Source of the DNA: Omnitrophica WOR_2 bacterium GWF2_43_52
GTDB taxonomy: Bacteria; Omnitrophota; Gorgyraeia; Gygaellales; UBA12090
Direction: 5' to 3'
NCBI GenBank assembly: GCA_001805445.1
Contig: MHGF01000035.1
Coordinates: 25,279 to 89,278 of the forward strand
DNA: 64,000 bases
Position 1 is the stretch's first letter. Each line of letters opens with the position of its first letter. Position numbers and translations under genes: made by a program. Below are positions 51,401-61,900 of the stretch, piece after piece. The notes under the pieces were generated by a model. The model saw nothing but the letters and a program-made list of their open reading frames with translations. It did not search any database and was not told where the DNA came from.

Positions 51401-52060
51401 CTTCAGAGCGGAGATAATGTAATTACAGTTACAGCAACCGATAGAGCGGCTAATATCGCAACGGTTAAGCTTACGGTAACCTATGACGGAATTCCTCCTA
51501 CAGGATCCCTTATTATTAATAGCGGTGCGGCATATACAGGTTCTACCAATGTTACTTTAAATCTTTCCGCAGATGATACGGTTGCGGTTGCAGGGTATTA
51601 CCTATCGGACAATCCTGCTGTACCAGGGGCTTCAGATGCGGGATGGAATACAATCCCGAGTATGTCAAGCTATACCGCAAGCGTTAGCTATACCTTGACT
51701 TCGGGAAATGGCCAAAAGACAATCTACTGCTGGTATAAGGATGCGGCGGGTAACGTTTCAGCTGTGAGTAGCGATTCGATTATTTTTGACACTTCGCCTC
51801 CAATGATTACTATAACAGGCCCAACATCGGGTCCAACCTATAGTGCGGTAAGCACTCCATTGAGGTTGGAAGGGACAGCAGATAATCTTAGAAGTATTCG
51901 CTGGGAAAATAATCTCGGGGGTTCAGGCACAGTCACAGGGAGAAAAAATTGGTCAATTGATAATATAATGCTCTATAGTGGAAATAATGAGATAACAGTG
52001 ACTGCAATTGACAGGGCAGGGAATACGGCAGCAGATACAATTACAGTAACTTTCAGGTAA
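48494..52060 (+). CDS. Large secreted protein: right-handed beta-helix (pectin-lyase-like) domain plus Ig/FN3-like repeats
   Basis: Signal peptide; YYVDPVNGSDS..G..PWRT..AGDTLYLRGG; HHN/YNN repeats; repeated DxAGN modules; GGAGG before ATG 48494. Confidence 0.75.
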   Translation: MKAIFYNTSKSFVMGLIVFIMGSMAAGSVLANSYYVDPVNGSDSSNGSLSLPWRTLGNSIGKLSAGDTLYLRGGNYFESGVRITISGAPSQHIIIKNYNEEIPIIDGGYQDFRAISNNDWELYDSQRNIYRSTKAYPGAGNNGAIHAFLKIGEITTNLIAYERYGDLASDNQLYTETGSMYLGPGVIWNSIDQRIYIRLVSSDLESQMGYSILSNSDPRQNSIYIVPLGVVVNFENNASYLDIEGVSFRYRNNALRFASGHHINVKNVTVFGGTTYILTEQAAHDLVFDTLIVDGYFPEWLAFKDIKSATRPAHAMEVAAFVLHDSENVEIINSTIRNVMDFLDGGGNNLRIHHNSFFDIRDDVVQLDTQCNNVEMAYNRVIGCSKSFDRNQGANATNLGTKYVHHNIIDIRKRHLHFRQGDPLFQQAGGDGKIQNRAFGTHGTIDMDPWKIYHNTVLIGKSVNAHLSQDGIGFDYDETTAPGVPHEVYNNIFIQTEDHRMGQRSRVHDGSQILDGNLYYRTVSNPTEPFFINWANETSQSSFNSLAAFKASSFFDQTKQYYTPGWEANGIEADPMLDEEYHPAANSPAATGAVDLSSKGWPGISGEQYRGALSPAADTSVPSITIISPTSNTAYVTTQSVVSLSGTASDDRGVTSVNWLNDRGGNGTAIGTSNWSVATITLNAGNNLITVSAYDAAGNVANNTLTVTYGSAPTVITGTSTNVLVDSSTVSAVVNPNGLNTTVYFQYGIIPANYTGKTANQILSGTNRQTISAQLIGLSEATDYYYRAAANNSMGTVNGAEMNFTTTDISAPTGLITINNGASYTNTTAVTLSLSASDNRGVVGYYLSTSNTTPSSSAAGWVAVSAAANYSTSVSYTVTTGNGLKTIYCWYKDVAGNVSIAASGSITLDTLLPAIIITSPTSNSTYTSITNTITISGTAANLISVTWSNDRGGSGTATGTNSWSVNTISLQSGDNVITVTATDRAANIATVKLTVTYDGIPPTGSLIINSGAAYTGSTNVTLNLSADDTVAVAGYYLSDNPAVPGASDAGWNTIPSMSSYTASVSYTLTSGNGQKTIYCWYKDAAGNVSAVSSDSIIFDTSPPMITITGPTSGPTYSAVSTPLRLEGTADNLRSIRWENNLGGSGTVTGRKNWSIDNIMLYSGNNEITVTAIDRAGNTAADTITVTFR

Positions 52061-52073
52061 TGCTGTTATATAT

Positions 52074-55000
52074 ATGATTAAGACTATGAAAAAATCAATT
52101 AAATCTTCATTGTCAATTATAGTTATCTTGTTGTTTTCTTCATCTACAGCCGGCATAACTTCAACTACCCCTCAAGCCAATTTCCAAAAAGTTTCATCTC
52201 AATCTCAAGATGATGCTAAGCAGGATAATCTTTCTTTAAAGCACTATGTCCCCGGACAGCTCATAATCAAACTTAAGGAAGGCCAGGACTTAAGCGAACT
52301 GGCTGATTTAAACGCCCGCTATAAGGTTTTATCATATGCTAAATTGCTTAGGGATATGCCCGGCATCAAAGTTAAAACTACTGGTTCAGATGCCAAAGAA
52401 CATAGGGTTTGGTATTGGCAATTAGACAAAGATTCGAAAGAGTACAAAGACTATAACAAACGTATTGCAAAGAAAGAACAAGAAAAACAAGGACAGGAAC
52501 AATTAAAGGCCCATATTGAGCTTCGCCAGCAGAGGACGCCAAGAAATGATGATATACCTCAATTTGAAACCACCTATCTTTTAAAAACATCCTCAGATAC
52601 CAATATCATGGAAATGGCGAGCGCTTATTCCAGCGCCGCTCAGGTGGAATATGCAGAGCCAAATTATATCTGTAGCATGTCTCTATCTCCAAATGATACC
52701 TACTACTCCTATCAGTGGGGGCCGGCGATGATGGGCGCGGAAAGCGCCTGGGATAGCTCTCAAGGGGAAAATATACGGGTTGCGGTAATTGATACAGGCT
52801 TAGATGTGAATCATGAGGATATATCAGGGCAAGTTATCAACCCCTATGATACGGTAGATCTTGATACCGGGCTGTGGCAGGGAACTTACTGGAAATTAGC
52901 TTCAGATGAGGATTATACCACGCCTGATACCGACCCCAAGGATATGAATGGCCATGGCACGCATGTAGCGGGAACAATTGCCGCTATAACTAATAATTCT
53001 AAAGGTGTTGCGGGCATGGCAGGTAAAGCTAAAATTATGCCGGTGAGGGCTGGGTTTAAGATACTCTATGGTAACAGCGAAACAGCGCTTCTTGAAACAG
53101 ACGATATCATCAACGCTATTATTTATGCTACGGATAACGGAGCAGATGTCATCAATATGAGTTTGGGAGGCGGAGGCCTTAGTTATACTTTACGAGATGC
53201 TATTGATTATGCCTATAGCCAAGGGTGTGTGGTTGTAGTTGCGGCGGGTAATTCTAATTTGGACTCCGCGTATTTTAGTCCGGCTATGTATAATCAGGTC
53301 ATAAGCGTTGGCGCGGTTGATTCTGATGGGCAAAAGGCGTCTTTTTCAAATTATGGCCACATGGTTGATGTAGCAGCTCCGGGAGTTGATATTCTATCAA
53401 CCTATCCTACCGCCTTGACTGATGAGAATTATGCTCCGTACGCGTATATGGATGGCACCAGCATGGCATGCCCGCATGTAAGCGGCGCGGCGGCAGTATT
53501 GCTTTCCAAATATCCGAGCATGACTATTGAACAGCTAAGGGCGACCTTACGGGCAACGGCGGGAGACGGTAACGGAACAAGAAGTGATGATTTAGGATAT
53601 GGAGTAGTGAAAATAGACAGGGCATTGAATAATACGGTTAATCATTATGGGAATATCAATTCTCCTGAATTCTTTGCCGGGGTTAATCAGGGCCTGATAA
53701 AAATTAACGGCAGCACCACAGGGGCTAACTTTAAGTCATATAAACTTGAATATTGCCGGGGACTTTTTCCAAAGGGGCCTTGGGCTACTATTAAAGAATC
53801 AACCTCTAAGGTTGATAGCGGAGAGTTAGCAGAGTGGGATACCTCAGGGCTTTCCTTAGGGACATATACCTTGAGGTTGTCAGTAGAGGGTAATGGGAGC
53901 TCTTACATACACCAGATATATCATAAAATTTACCTTACCACTAATAATCAATCCGGATGGCCCCGCATAATTGAGTTTCTCCCTGGGTATGTCTATTCGG
54001 ATAGTTATCAGACATTATCGCCATTGTTCGCGGATTTGGAAGGCGATGGCTCATTGGAATGCGCGCTGATGTCGTCAGCGGGAAGAGTCTATGCCTGGGA
54101 TAAGGATGGCAGCCTCAAGAACGGTTTTCCTGTAGAGTTTCGTTCTTCGAGCTCAACGTCATTGAACGCGGCAGATATAAATAATGATGGCAAGCTTGAG
54201 CTAATCGCTGGTATGCAAGAGGATAGCTATGATAGAGGTGAAATTTATGGCTTTGATTATCAGGGAAATCTACTTTCCGGATGGCCGCCAAGCGGGCTTC
54301 CCTCCGAGCGCAGCCTTACTCGGATGACCCCTGCTATTGGTAATCTTGATGGGGGAAGCGATTTAGAAGTGGTTACCAATATAAATACCGGGCAAAATAA
54401 ATTTTACGGCTTTAAGTCAAATGGCACTCAGGTATCCGGCTGGCCGGTGAATAATGCCAGCCCTGATGGAGAGGCCCCGATATTAGCCAACATAGATGAT
54501 GATGAAGAATTAGAAGCAATGGCTTTGGGGAGTGGAGAACTTTTGTTGATAGATGGTAACGGTTCCTTGATTCGCAGTATTGCCCTCAACGCTTCCTATA
54601 TAGATACCTCCGAATCTCCCGCGTTAACAGTAGGAGACGTTGATGGGGATGGAAAATTAGAGATTGTGGCATGTGTAGATACTCAGGCTTCCGGTAAGAA
54701 ATATAAATTCTTTGTCTATGAGCTTGACGGAACTTTGGTTTCCTCATGGGAAATTACGCAGCCTGATAATATCATAGATGAGGCGTATTACTTTCGCAAC
54801 CTGGCATTAGGGGATTTAAATAAAGACGGAAAAAATGAAATAATCTTCGCGACCCCTTACTCAGAAGGTACTAAGGAAACCGATATTCTTCAAAATAAAA
54901 TTTACGCCTGGGATTCACAGGGAAATCTATTTTTTGGAAAAACGATAGATTTAGGCGCAGATGAAGGAGCCTATTCATCCGCTGTGTTAGCGGATTTAGA

Positions 55001-58000
55001 TGGAGACGCTCAGCCCGAGATAGTAATAGGCACTGATAGCGGAAAGATTCACGCCTATGACAAAAATGGGAATGTGGTAAGCGGCTTTCCTATAGAGACA
55101 GGGGGATGGCTGAGAGCGCCACTGGCAATTGCAGATGTTGATAGTGACGGAAAACTGGAGGCTTTGGCAGTAAGCGTAGACGGGGTAGTGAATTTGGTGG
55201 AATTGCCCTCAAGCGGGCCGGCGGATAGAGTTGAGTGGCCAATGTTTCAGCATGACAATCAGCACACAGGCTGTTATGTTGTTCCCGACGCGACAATTCC
55301 TAAATTAAAAGCGCTTGAGATGCAATCTGGATTTGAGGGGCAAAAAATTACCTTTCAGCTGCAGGCAGAAAAAGGGACGCCCCCTTATACCTATGGCATG
55401 GTAAGTGGTACCTTGCCTCAGGGCGCAACCTTATCGAGTAGCGGCGCTTTTAGCTGGACTCCCGGCTATGAGCAATCGCAGACAGAAGCGTATACGATAA
55501 AAGCAAAAGTCACGGATTCAAAAGGCAATGTGTCTAAAGAAGAGCCATATACTGTTAGGGTATTTAATTCTTCTTTATACGGAGTAGTAAAGGATGCGGC
55601 TACTTCTATCGCCATAGCAGGGGCGCAAATTGACTTGGTGCGAAAGTCAGATGGAGTAACGGTATATACCACAAATTCCGATAGCCAAGGGAAATATCTT
55701 ATTACTCAGGATATTAATTCCGGAGAGTACCGTATGGAAATAAGTTTCTCCGGATATAATGATAAGACAATAGAGGTTTCTTTAACCAAAGGGCAGACCA
55801 ATGAGGCCAATGTTGAGCTGACGGTATATGTCGCAAACAATGCCCCTGTTATTACCTATCCTCAAAACAACGCGGTGTTTAAAATTTCTGAGGGAGAGAG
55901 TTTTAGCCTCACCGTGAGCGCGACAGATGCCGACGCGGATACGCTAAGTTATTCAAGCGGGAGTTTGCCTTCAGGCGCTAATTTTAATACCGCAACGCAT
56001 ACTTTTACTTGGGCTCCTGATTATAAGCAGGGCAAGCAAAGCTACAATGCCGTTTTTTATGTGACTGATGGCAAAATAAGCAATCCTGTGTCCGTAACTG
56101 TTACTTTGGATGTGGCTAATGCGGCTAAGGCCCCTGAGTTTTCCCAGGGCCAAGACGCAAAAAGCACTTCTGAAGGACAAACATTTACCTATACCTTGCC
56201 GGAGGTATCAGCAAGTTATGGGGATAGCTTGGAATATGCCCTTTCCGGTTCGCCCGATTGGCTGAGCTTAAATAACAGGCAGTTGACCGGGACCGCTGCC
56301 TATGATTCACAGAGAAGCTATGAAATACAATGGAAGGCCAAAGACACGGAGGGAGAGGCTACATTCACCTTGGCGTTGAGTGTTAACAATACAGCGGGCG
56401 CTCCGGTATTTAGCCCTGGCTATGACATAGAAACTATTACAGAAGAAACAGAAAGCTTTGATTATACCTTACCGTTAGTTTCAGAAAGCTATGGGAATAA
56501 TTTGACGTATAGATTAGAGGGGGAACCTGAGTGGTTGAGTTTTAATGAGAATAACCGCAATCTTAGCGGAAAAGCGCCGTATGAGTCAGAGAGAAGTTAC
56601 ACGATAAAGTGGATAGCTTCTGATACAGAGGGCGAGTCGGCGTTTACCTTGACATTGAATGTGAGTAACAAGGAAAGGCCTCCGGAATTCAAAAAGTCAT
56701 CCGATAGTTTGAGTGTTAATGAAGGAGAGGCATTAGAGTACTCATTTCCCATGGTAGATCGTAATTATGGCACAGGGCTCACGTATTCACTTTCCGATAA
56801 ACCGGACTGGGCAACTATTGATACTGCCACAGGCAGATTGACCGTTACGGAAGGAAATGTCCCTTTTGATGGCTCAGGTGGCTATCCCCTGCATTGGATT
56901 GCTCAGGATAGCGAAGGTTCTGCCACATTTATATTGAATCTTACTATAGATAATGTCAATCGCGCTCCGGTGTTAGAGCCTATTGGCAATAAGGAAGTTT
57001 CTGAGGGCTCAAGCGTAAGTTTTACCATTCATGCCGCTGATAGCGATGGCGACAGCCTGACGTATTCTGCTGAAGGCAAGCTTCCTGATAGCGCCTCTTT
57101 TAATACTGCTGGCGCTGTATTTAGCTGGATTCCCAACTATACCCAAGCAGGCAGCTATACATTGACGTTTAAGGTTTCTGACGGCAATGATTCTGACTCA
57201 GAAGAGATTGCCATAACAGTGAGTAACAGCCCTCATGCTCCAGAGTTTAGTAAACCATCTGATACTCAGGCAATTACCGAAGATACAGAAAATTTTGAAT
57301 ATTCCTTACCTGAGGTTGCTAATAACTATGGTAATGATTTACGCTATACATTAGAGAATAAGCCTGAGTGGCTGGATTATAACGAAAATTCACGAAAATT
57401 AAGCGGCAAGGCTCCGTATGATTCAAAACGCAGCTATGAAATAAACTGGATAGCCAGAGATTCCGAAGGAGAAGCGGCCTTTGCCTTAACTATCAATGTT
57501 ACCGACAAAAAGCGCCCGCCTGAGTTTAGTAAAAAGTCAGATAAAATTGATGCGAATGAAGGAGAAAGTATTGCCTATAGCTTACCGAAGGCGGAAAGCA
57601 AAATCACGGATGAAGTTATAGCCTATTCAGTTACCGAAAAACCTGATTTTGTAACTGTTGATGTATCAAGCGCTAAGGCAACAGGAGAAGTTTCCTATGA
57701 TAATGGCGATAATGATTATCAGCTTATTTGGAAGGCAACAGGCGAGGAAGGCGAAGATAGTTTTACTCTGAATATTTCGGTTAAGGATATGAACCGTTCC
57801 CCGGTTATCGAAACTATATCAGATTATACGATTAATGAGGGCGAAAGTTTAAGTTTTACGGTAAATACCTATGATGATGATTCCGAGGACACGCTAGTAA
57901 CTACGCTTAAGCATGTCCCTGACGGAGCAAGCTTTGTTGATTTGGTATTCAAATGGGCCCCAACCTACAAACAGTCAGGGAAATATACCCTTACTTTAAC

Positions 58001-58832
58001 TTCCTCTGACGGCAAGGCAAAGGCAGAGCAGGATTTTACTATAGAGGTCTTAGACGCGCAAGGGGATGACGAGGAATCGGAAGACACATCGAAAGATACT
58101 GATGATTCGGATAACGATGATTCAAACGAAGATGATTCGACGCAAGATTCGCAGGATTCTGGTGAATCGGAAGATAGCGATACAAATACAGATTCTTCTG
58201 CAAATGATATTTCTCAAGAGACAAGTGATAGTTCAAATGATGAAGAATCAGAAGTAACAATTTCAGGAGGAAGTACATGGGTAGTGGTGCAGGAGCCAAA
58301 AAAAACTTCCACTTCCGATAGTGAGGATAATGAGGATAAAAAAGAAGGCGTAAGCGGGGACGATAAATCATTAACACAGTCAGTGGATGCGGAGAGTGAG
58401 TATCAAGAAAGCGGTGCTCGACGCAGTGAGGAAGAAGAGGAAAGGGTTGCGATGCGTTCCGAGCCGCAAAATGATGGTTACGATGAATCATCTGTGCGGG
58501 ATAGTGATTATGAAGAAACATCTTCAGCATCATCAGAGGGTTCCTCGGTTAACTTTATGGCAGTGCATAATAATAAAGGCATTCTAAAAGAAATTCAGGT
58601 GCTCAATGAACGCGCGGATATAGTGCATAGTTATAAAATAAAATATGGGAAGCGGAATTCATTAATTGGCTTGTTTAGAAATGATGCCGCAAAAGCCTAC
58701 GTATATATAGATACTGACGGCATCACGGTTAAGAAAGTAAAGATTAAAAATACTAGTGAAATTTTAGATGAGGATTTAAAGAAAGAAGTTGATGGAATAA
58801 TAGCCTTTATGGGATTTATAAAAAATAATTAG
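52074..58832 (+). CDS. Giant secreted S8 subtilase with FG-GAP/VCBS repeats, Ig/cadherin-like repeats and acidic tail
   Basis: Triad VIDTG, HGTHVAG, GTSMACP; oxyanion AAGN; DxDGDGxxE repeats; NRAP...DSDGDSLTY...FSW modules. Confidence 0.88.
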   Translation: MIKTMKKSIKSSLSIIVILLFSSSTAGITSTTPQANFQKVSSQSQDDAKQDNLSLKHYVPGQLIIKLKEGQDLSELADLNARYKVLSYAKLLRDMPGIKVKTTGSDAKEHRVWYWQLDKDSKEYKDYNKRIAKKEQEKQGQEQLKAHIELRQQRTPRNDDIPQFETTYLLKTSSDTNIMEMASAYSSAAQVEYAEPNYICSMSLSPNDTYYSYQWGPAMMGAESAWDSSQGENIRVAVIDTGLDVNHEDISGQVINPYDTVDLDTGLWQGTYWKLASDEDYTTPDTDPKDMNGHGTHVAGTIAAITNNSKGVAGMAGKAKIMPVRAGFKILYGNSETALLETDDIINAIIYATDNGADVINMSLGGGGLSYTLRDAIDYAYSQGCVVVVAAGNSNLDSAYFSPAMYNQVISVGAVDSDGQKASFSNYGHMVDVAAPGVDILSTYPTALTDENYAPYAYMDGTSMACPHVSGAAAVLLSKYPSMTIEQLRATLRATAGDGNGTRSDDLGYGVVKIDRALNNTVNHYGNINSPEFFAGVNQGLIKINGSTTGANFKSYKLEYCRGLFPKGPWATIKESTSKVDSGELAEWDTSGLSLGTYTLRLSVEGNGSSYIHQIYHKIYLTTNNQSGWPRIIEFLPGYVYSDSYQTLSPLFADLEGDGSLECALMSSAGRVYAWDKDGSLKNGFPVEFRSSSSTSLNAADINNDGKLELIAGMQEDSYDRGEIYGFDYQGNLLSGWPPSGLPSERSLTRMTPAIGNLDGGSDLEVVTNINTGQNKFYGFKSNGTQVSGWPVNNASPDGEAPILANIDDDEELEAMALGSGELLLIDGNGSLIRSIALNASYIDTSESPALTVGDVDGDGKLEIVACVDTQASGKKYKFFVYELDGTLVSSWEITQPDNIIDEAYYFRNLALGDLNKDGKNEIIFATPYSEGTKETDILQNKIYAWDSQGNLFFGKTIDLGADEGAYSSAVLADLDGDAQPEIVIGTDSGKIHAYDKNGNVVSGFPIETGGWLRAPLAIADVDSDGKLEALAVSVDGVVNLVELPSSGPADRVEWPMFQHDNQHTGCYVVPDATIPKLKALEMQSGFEGQKITFQLQAEKGTPPYTYGMVSGTLPQGATLSSSGAFSWTPGYEQSQTEAYTIKAKVTDSKGNVSKEEPYTVRVFNSSLYGVVKDAATSIAIAGAQIDLVRKSDGVTVYTTNSDSQGKYLITQDINSGEYRMEISFSGYNDKTIEVSLTKGQTNEANVELTVYVANNAPVITYPQNNAVFKISEGESFSLTVSATDADADTLSYSSGSLPSGANFNTATHTFTWAPDYKQGKQSYNAVFYVTDGKISNPVSVTVTLDVANAAKAPEFSQGQDAKSTSEGQTFTYTLPEVSASYGDSLEYALSGSPDWLSLNNRQLTGTAAYDSQRSYEIQWKAKDTEGEATFTLALSVNNTAGAPVFSPGYDIETITEETESFDYTLPLVSESYGNNLTYRLEGEPEWLSFNENNRNLSGKAPYESERSYTIKWIASDTEGESAFTLTLNVSNKERPPEFKKSSDSLSVNEGEALEYSFPMVDRNYGTGLTYSLSDKPDWATIDTATGRLTVTEGNVPFDGSGGYPLHWIAQDSEGSATFILNLTIDNVNRAPVLEPIGNKEVSEGSSVSFTIHAADSDGDSLTYSAEGKLPDSASFNTAGAVFSWIPNYTQAGSYTLTFKVSDGNDSDSEEIAITVSNSPHAPEFSKPSDTQAITEDTENFEYSLPEVANNYGNDLRYTLENKPEWLDYNENSRKLSGKAPYDSKRSYEINWIARDSEGEAAFALTINVTDKKRPPEFSKKSDKIDANEGESIAYSLPKAESKITDEVIAYSVTEKPDFVTVDVSSAKATGEVSYDNGDNDYQLIWKATGEEGEDSFTLNISVKDMNRSPVIETISDYTINEGESLSFTVNTYDDDSEDTLVTTLKHVPDGASFVDLVFKWAPTYKQSGKYTLTLTSSDGKAKAEQDFTIEVLDAQGDDEESEDTSKDTDDSDNDDSNEDDSTQDSQDSGESEDSDTNTDSSANDISQETSDSSNDEESEVTISGGSTWVVVQEPKKTSTSDSEDNEDKKEGVSGDDKSLTQSVDAESEYQESGARRSEEEEERVAMRSEPQNDGYDESSVRDSDYEETSSASSEGSSVNFMAVHNNKGILKEIQVLNERADIVHSYKIKYGKRNSLIGLFRNDAAKAYVYIDTDGITVKKVKIKNTSEILDEDLKKEVDGIIAFMGFIKNN

Positions 58833-58948
58833 CAGAAAGATATTCTCTGGCATACATTTTAAAAAGTTTTGCAAAGAATGCTTATTAGTTTAAGGGTCAG
58901 ACGAATAATCCGTCACGTTTTGTGGCGGTTAAATAGTAGAGGGGTCAG

Positions 58949-61900
58949 ATGAAACAGATAATTAAATTTTTGGGATTGGTGCTGTTAGTAGTAACTCAAG
59001 TATCGTTATCAAGTGCGCTTGCCGCTGTCACTACGACTACTACCTATAATGATGGGGATATACTTTTTAGTGATGATTTTGAGAATACGTCAACAAATAG
59101 TATGGCCTTTAGCGGAGGCACTTTCCCTACTGTTTCTGCAATAGGGCATAACAATATTACCAGCACTTGTATGGAGGTTAGCGTTACTACTGCTAATGCT
59201 AAAAGTGGCAAGATGGCAACTTTTACTTTTCCTTCTACTGATGCTTCAGCTCTATCTCCATCATATATTGAGATTTCTGGATGGGCAAAGGCTAGTAATG
59301 TTGTGTCCGTTACGAGTACTACTGGCAGCGCAAGAGCCAGTGTAAAGATTAATAATGTTGGTTTCGCCCTTAAGTTTTTTCTGCTACCTGCGCAATGGGA
59401 ACAATTTGTAATGTTAGTGCCTATACCTCTTCCTCCAAAGCCCCCGGCAACTATAACTGTTAATACAATTAACCTTAATCTTGGATTATGGGAAGCATCT
59501 GGGACGGTGTTGTTTGATGACCTGCAAATTAAATTAGTTAAAAAAATACCCATGGATTCTAATAAGAATTATGCTGGTGCATACCAACAATATTATACTG
59601 GCCATCCCATCAATCCTGTTGTTAGCGATGCAAGCCAAGCCGACACTTATTTTCGCGGAATGCATCATTCGGACACCTTCTTTAGAACCCAAAGTCCTAA
59701 AGAAGGCCTTGAGGTTTTAGGAAGAAAATGGAATGCTAATATTTTTAGATGGATGTTAGAATGTCCTGCGGGTAATTCAAATATAGATAATCAGTATACA
59801 CTTAGTTATGATAGCGGCCCTGTCACTATTACTAATCCAACTACAGGAAGCAAAACAACTTACAAATATGGGACATATTGGGATATTTTAGATGATGCCT
59901 TAGCCCGGCTGGATGAGGCTTTAAAATATGCCCAGCAATATGGCTTAAAGGTTGTGGTTAATCTGGCTGGTTTATCAGGGGGGTTATTTGAGAGTAAAGC
60001 TAATCAAGATAAGTTTGTCCAGGTATGGCAGAAAATAGCAGACAGGTATAAAGTCGGCTCACAATATAGTGATGCTATATATGGTTATGACCTAGCTAAC
60101 GAGCCATTTGTTAATGGCGGCTGGCAAAAATGGACTGGAGCTGCAGGGGTACTGGTTTGGGATGATCTATCAGAAAAGACTGCGCAGGCAATCAATGCGA
60201 TTGATAATACTAAAACAATCATTATTGAACCTTGGTTAAACGGACCCGCAGGTTTTTCCTTCCAGGTGCCTATAAATGCGTCTAAGGTTGTATATAGTGT
60301 GCATATGTATAAACCAAATGTTTTTACCGGGCAAACATCGATCACGGGTTTTGACTGGCCTTTTACAGATCCGATTACTAAGCAGTATTATGATAAGACT
60401 ACTCTTATTAACATGTTAAATACGGTCAAGACTTTTCAGACTACCTATAATGCCCATATTTATGTGGGTGAATTTAGCGCAACTCGTTGGGCAGGGCCAA
60501 CAAGGCCTAAGACCGCCGCATATAAGTATATAAAAGACTGCGTAGAAATTTTTGAGGCCAATAAGTGGGATTGGACCTATTTTGGTTTTAGGTCTACCGG
60601 TTGGAGCGCTGAGGATGATGATAATATTAATACCTATAACAAAGGTTTCTTTTCGAGTTCGTTTGAGGGCAAGCCAAACTCCAGAGAGCAGCTGTTAAGG
60701 ATGTATTTTGCCAAAAATCAGAATCCGTATACCCTGTCAAATGCCTCTTTGCCGCTTAGCTCGCTTACCATAAATAGCATCTATAACTATACCAATTTTT
60801 ATGCTGGTTATAACGATGCCAGTTCTACCTCGGTTAAATTAAAGCTTTCCGGGGTTTTGTCAATAGATGAGGTCAATAATTTTACTGGATACTATGTATC
60901 TAACAGTAATATGCTTCCGTCAGCCTTGGCAGTATGGAATAGTATTCCTGCTTCAAATTTTTTCTTTGATAATACCATTAACCATACGTTAACCAGTGGA
61001 AATGGTTTAAAAACTGTCTACGCCTGGTTTAAGGATACAGCTGGAGGGGTGTTTGGCCCGGTTACGGATACTATAAATTTGAATACTTCGCTTACCGCTA
61101 AAATTAAGCCTACTATCACTATTACTGAACCTACGACAATGGATAACTATACCACTACCCAGCCTTATCCAAACTTACGCTGTATCATTGTGGATGATGT
61201 GGCGCTAGCTTCATTTAATCAGATTACCATCCCTCCAACGTATACCATTAACAATGGGCAGAGCAAGAATCTTTTTTCAGCTAAGAATCAAACCAATTCC
61301 TCCGACCCCGAAGATCCCAATGAGTGGTATGCAAACCCAACTTTATTCCCTGGGACAAATGTTATTACCGTTACGGGCAAGGACAACGATAACAATACGG
61401 CAACCGATACCATTAATATTACGTATAATCCTATCTTGATAAATATCATCAGTCCTACTTCAGACGTAACCTATACCACTGCCAATAGCACTTTAGACAT
61501 AAAAGGTATAGCCTCAGATAAGGCCGGTGTGATAAATAAGGTGGAGTGGAGTAACGATGGAGGATTATCATATTTACCCATTGCCTTCACTACCGTTACC
61601 GGTAATACCACTTGGTCTGTCACTGGGATAAGTTTAGTAAGTGGAAATAACGATATTGGAGTAAAAGCCACGGATAATGCAGGTAACACGGCAACTGATA
61701 GCCTTAGCGTAACCTATAACTCATCTTCCGTAACAGCCCCTACGGCAACCACGAATCAAGCCACTAACATAGCTGTTGACTCAGCCACCTTGAATGGTCT
61801 TGTTAACCCTAATGGTTCGGATACAAATGTTTACTTTGAATATGGCACAACCTCAGGCAATTATAGTGGGCAGATTAACGCTAATCCTAATAGTATCTCT

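Noticed and set aside
58039-58587. ORFs overlapping the acidic tract of the subtilase
   Set aside because: Low-complexity shadow frames
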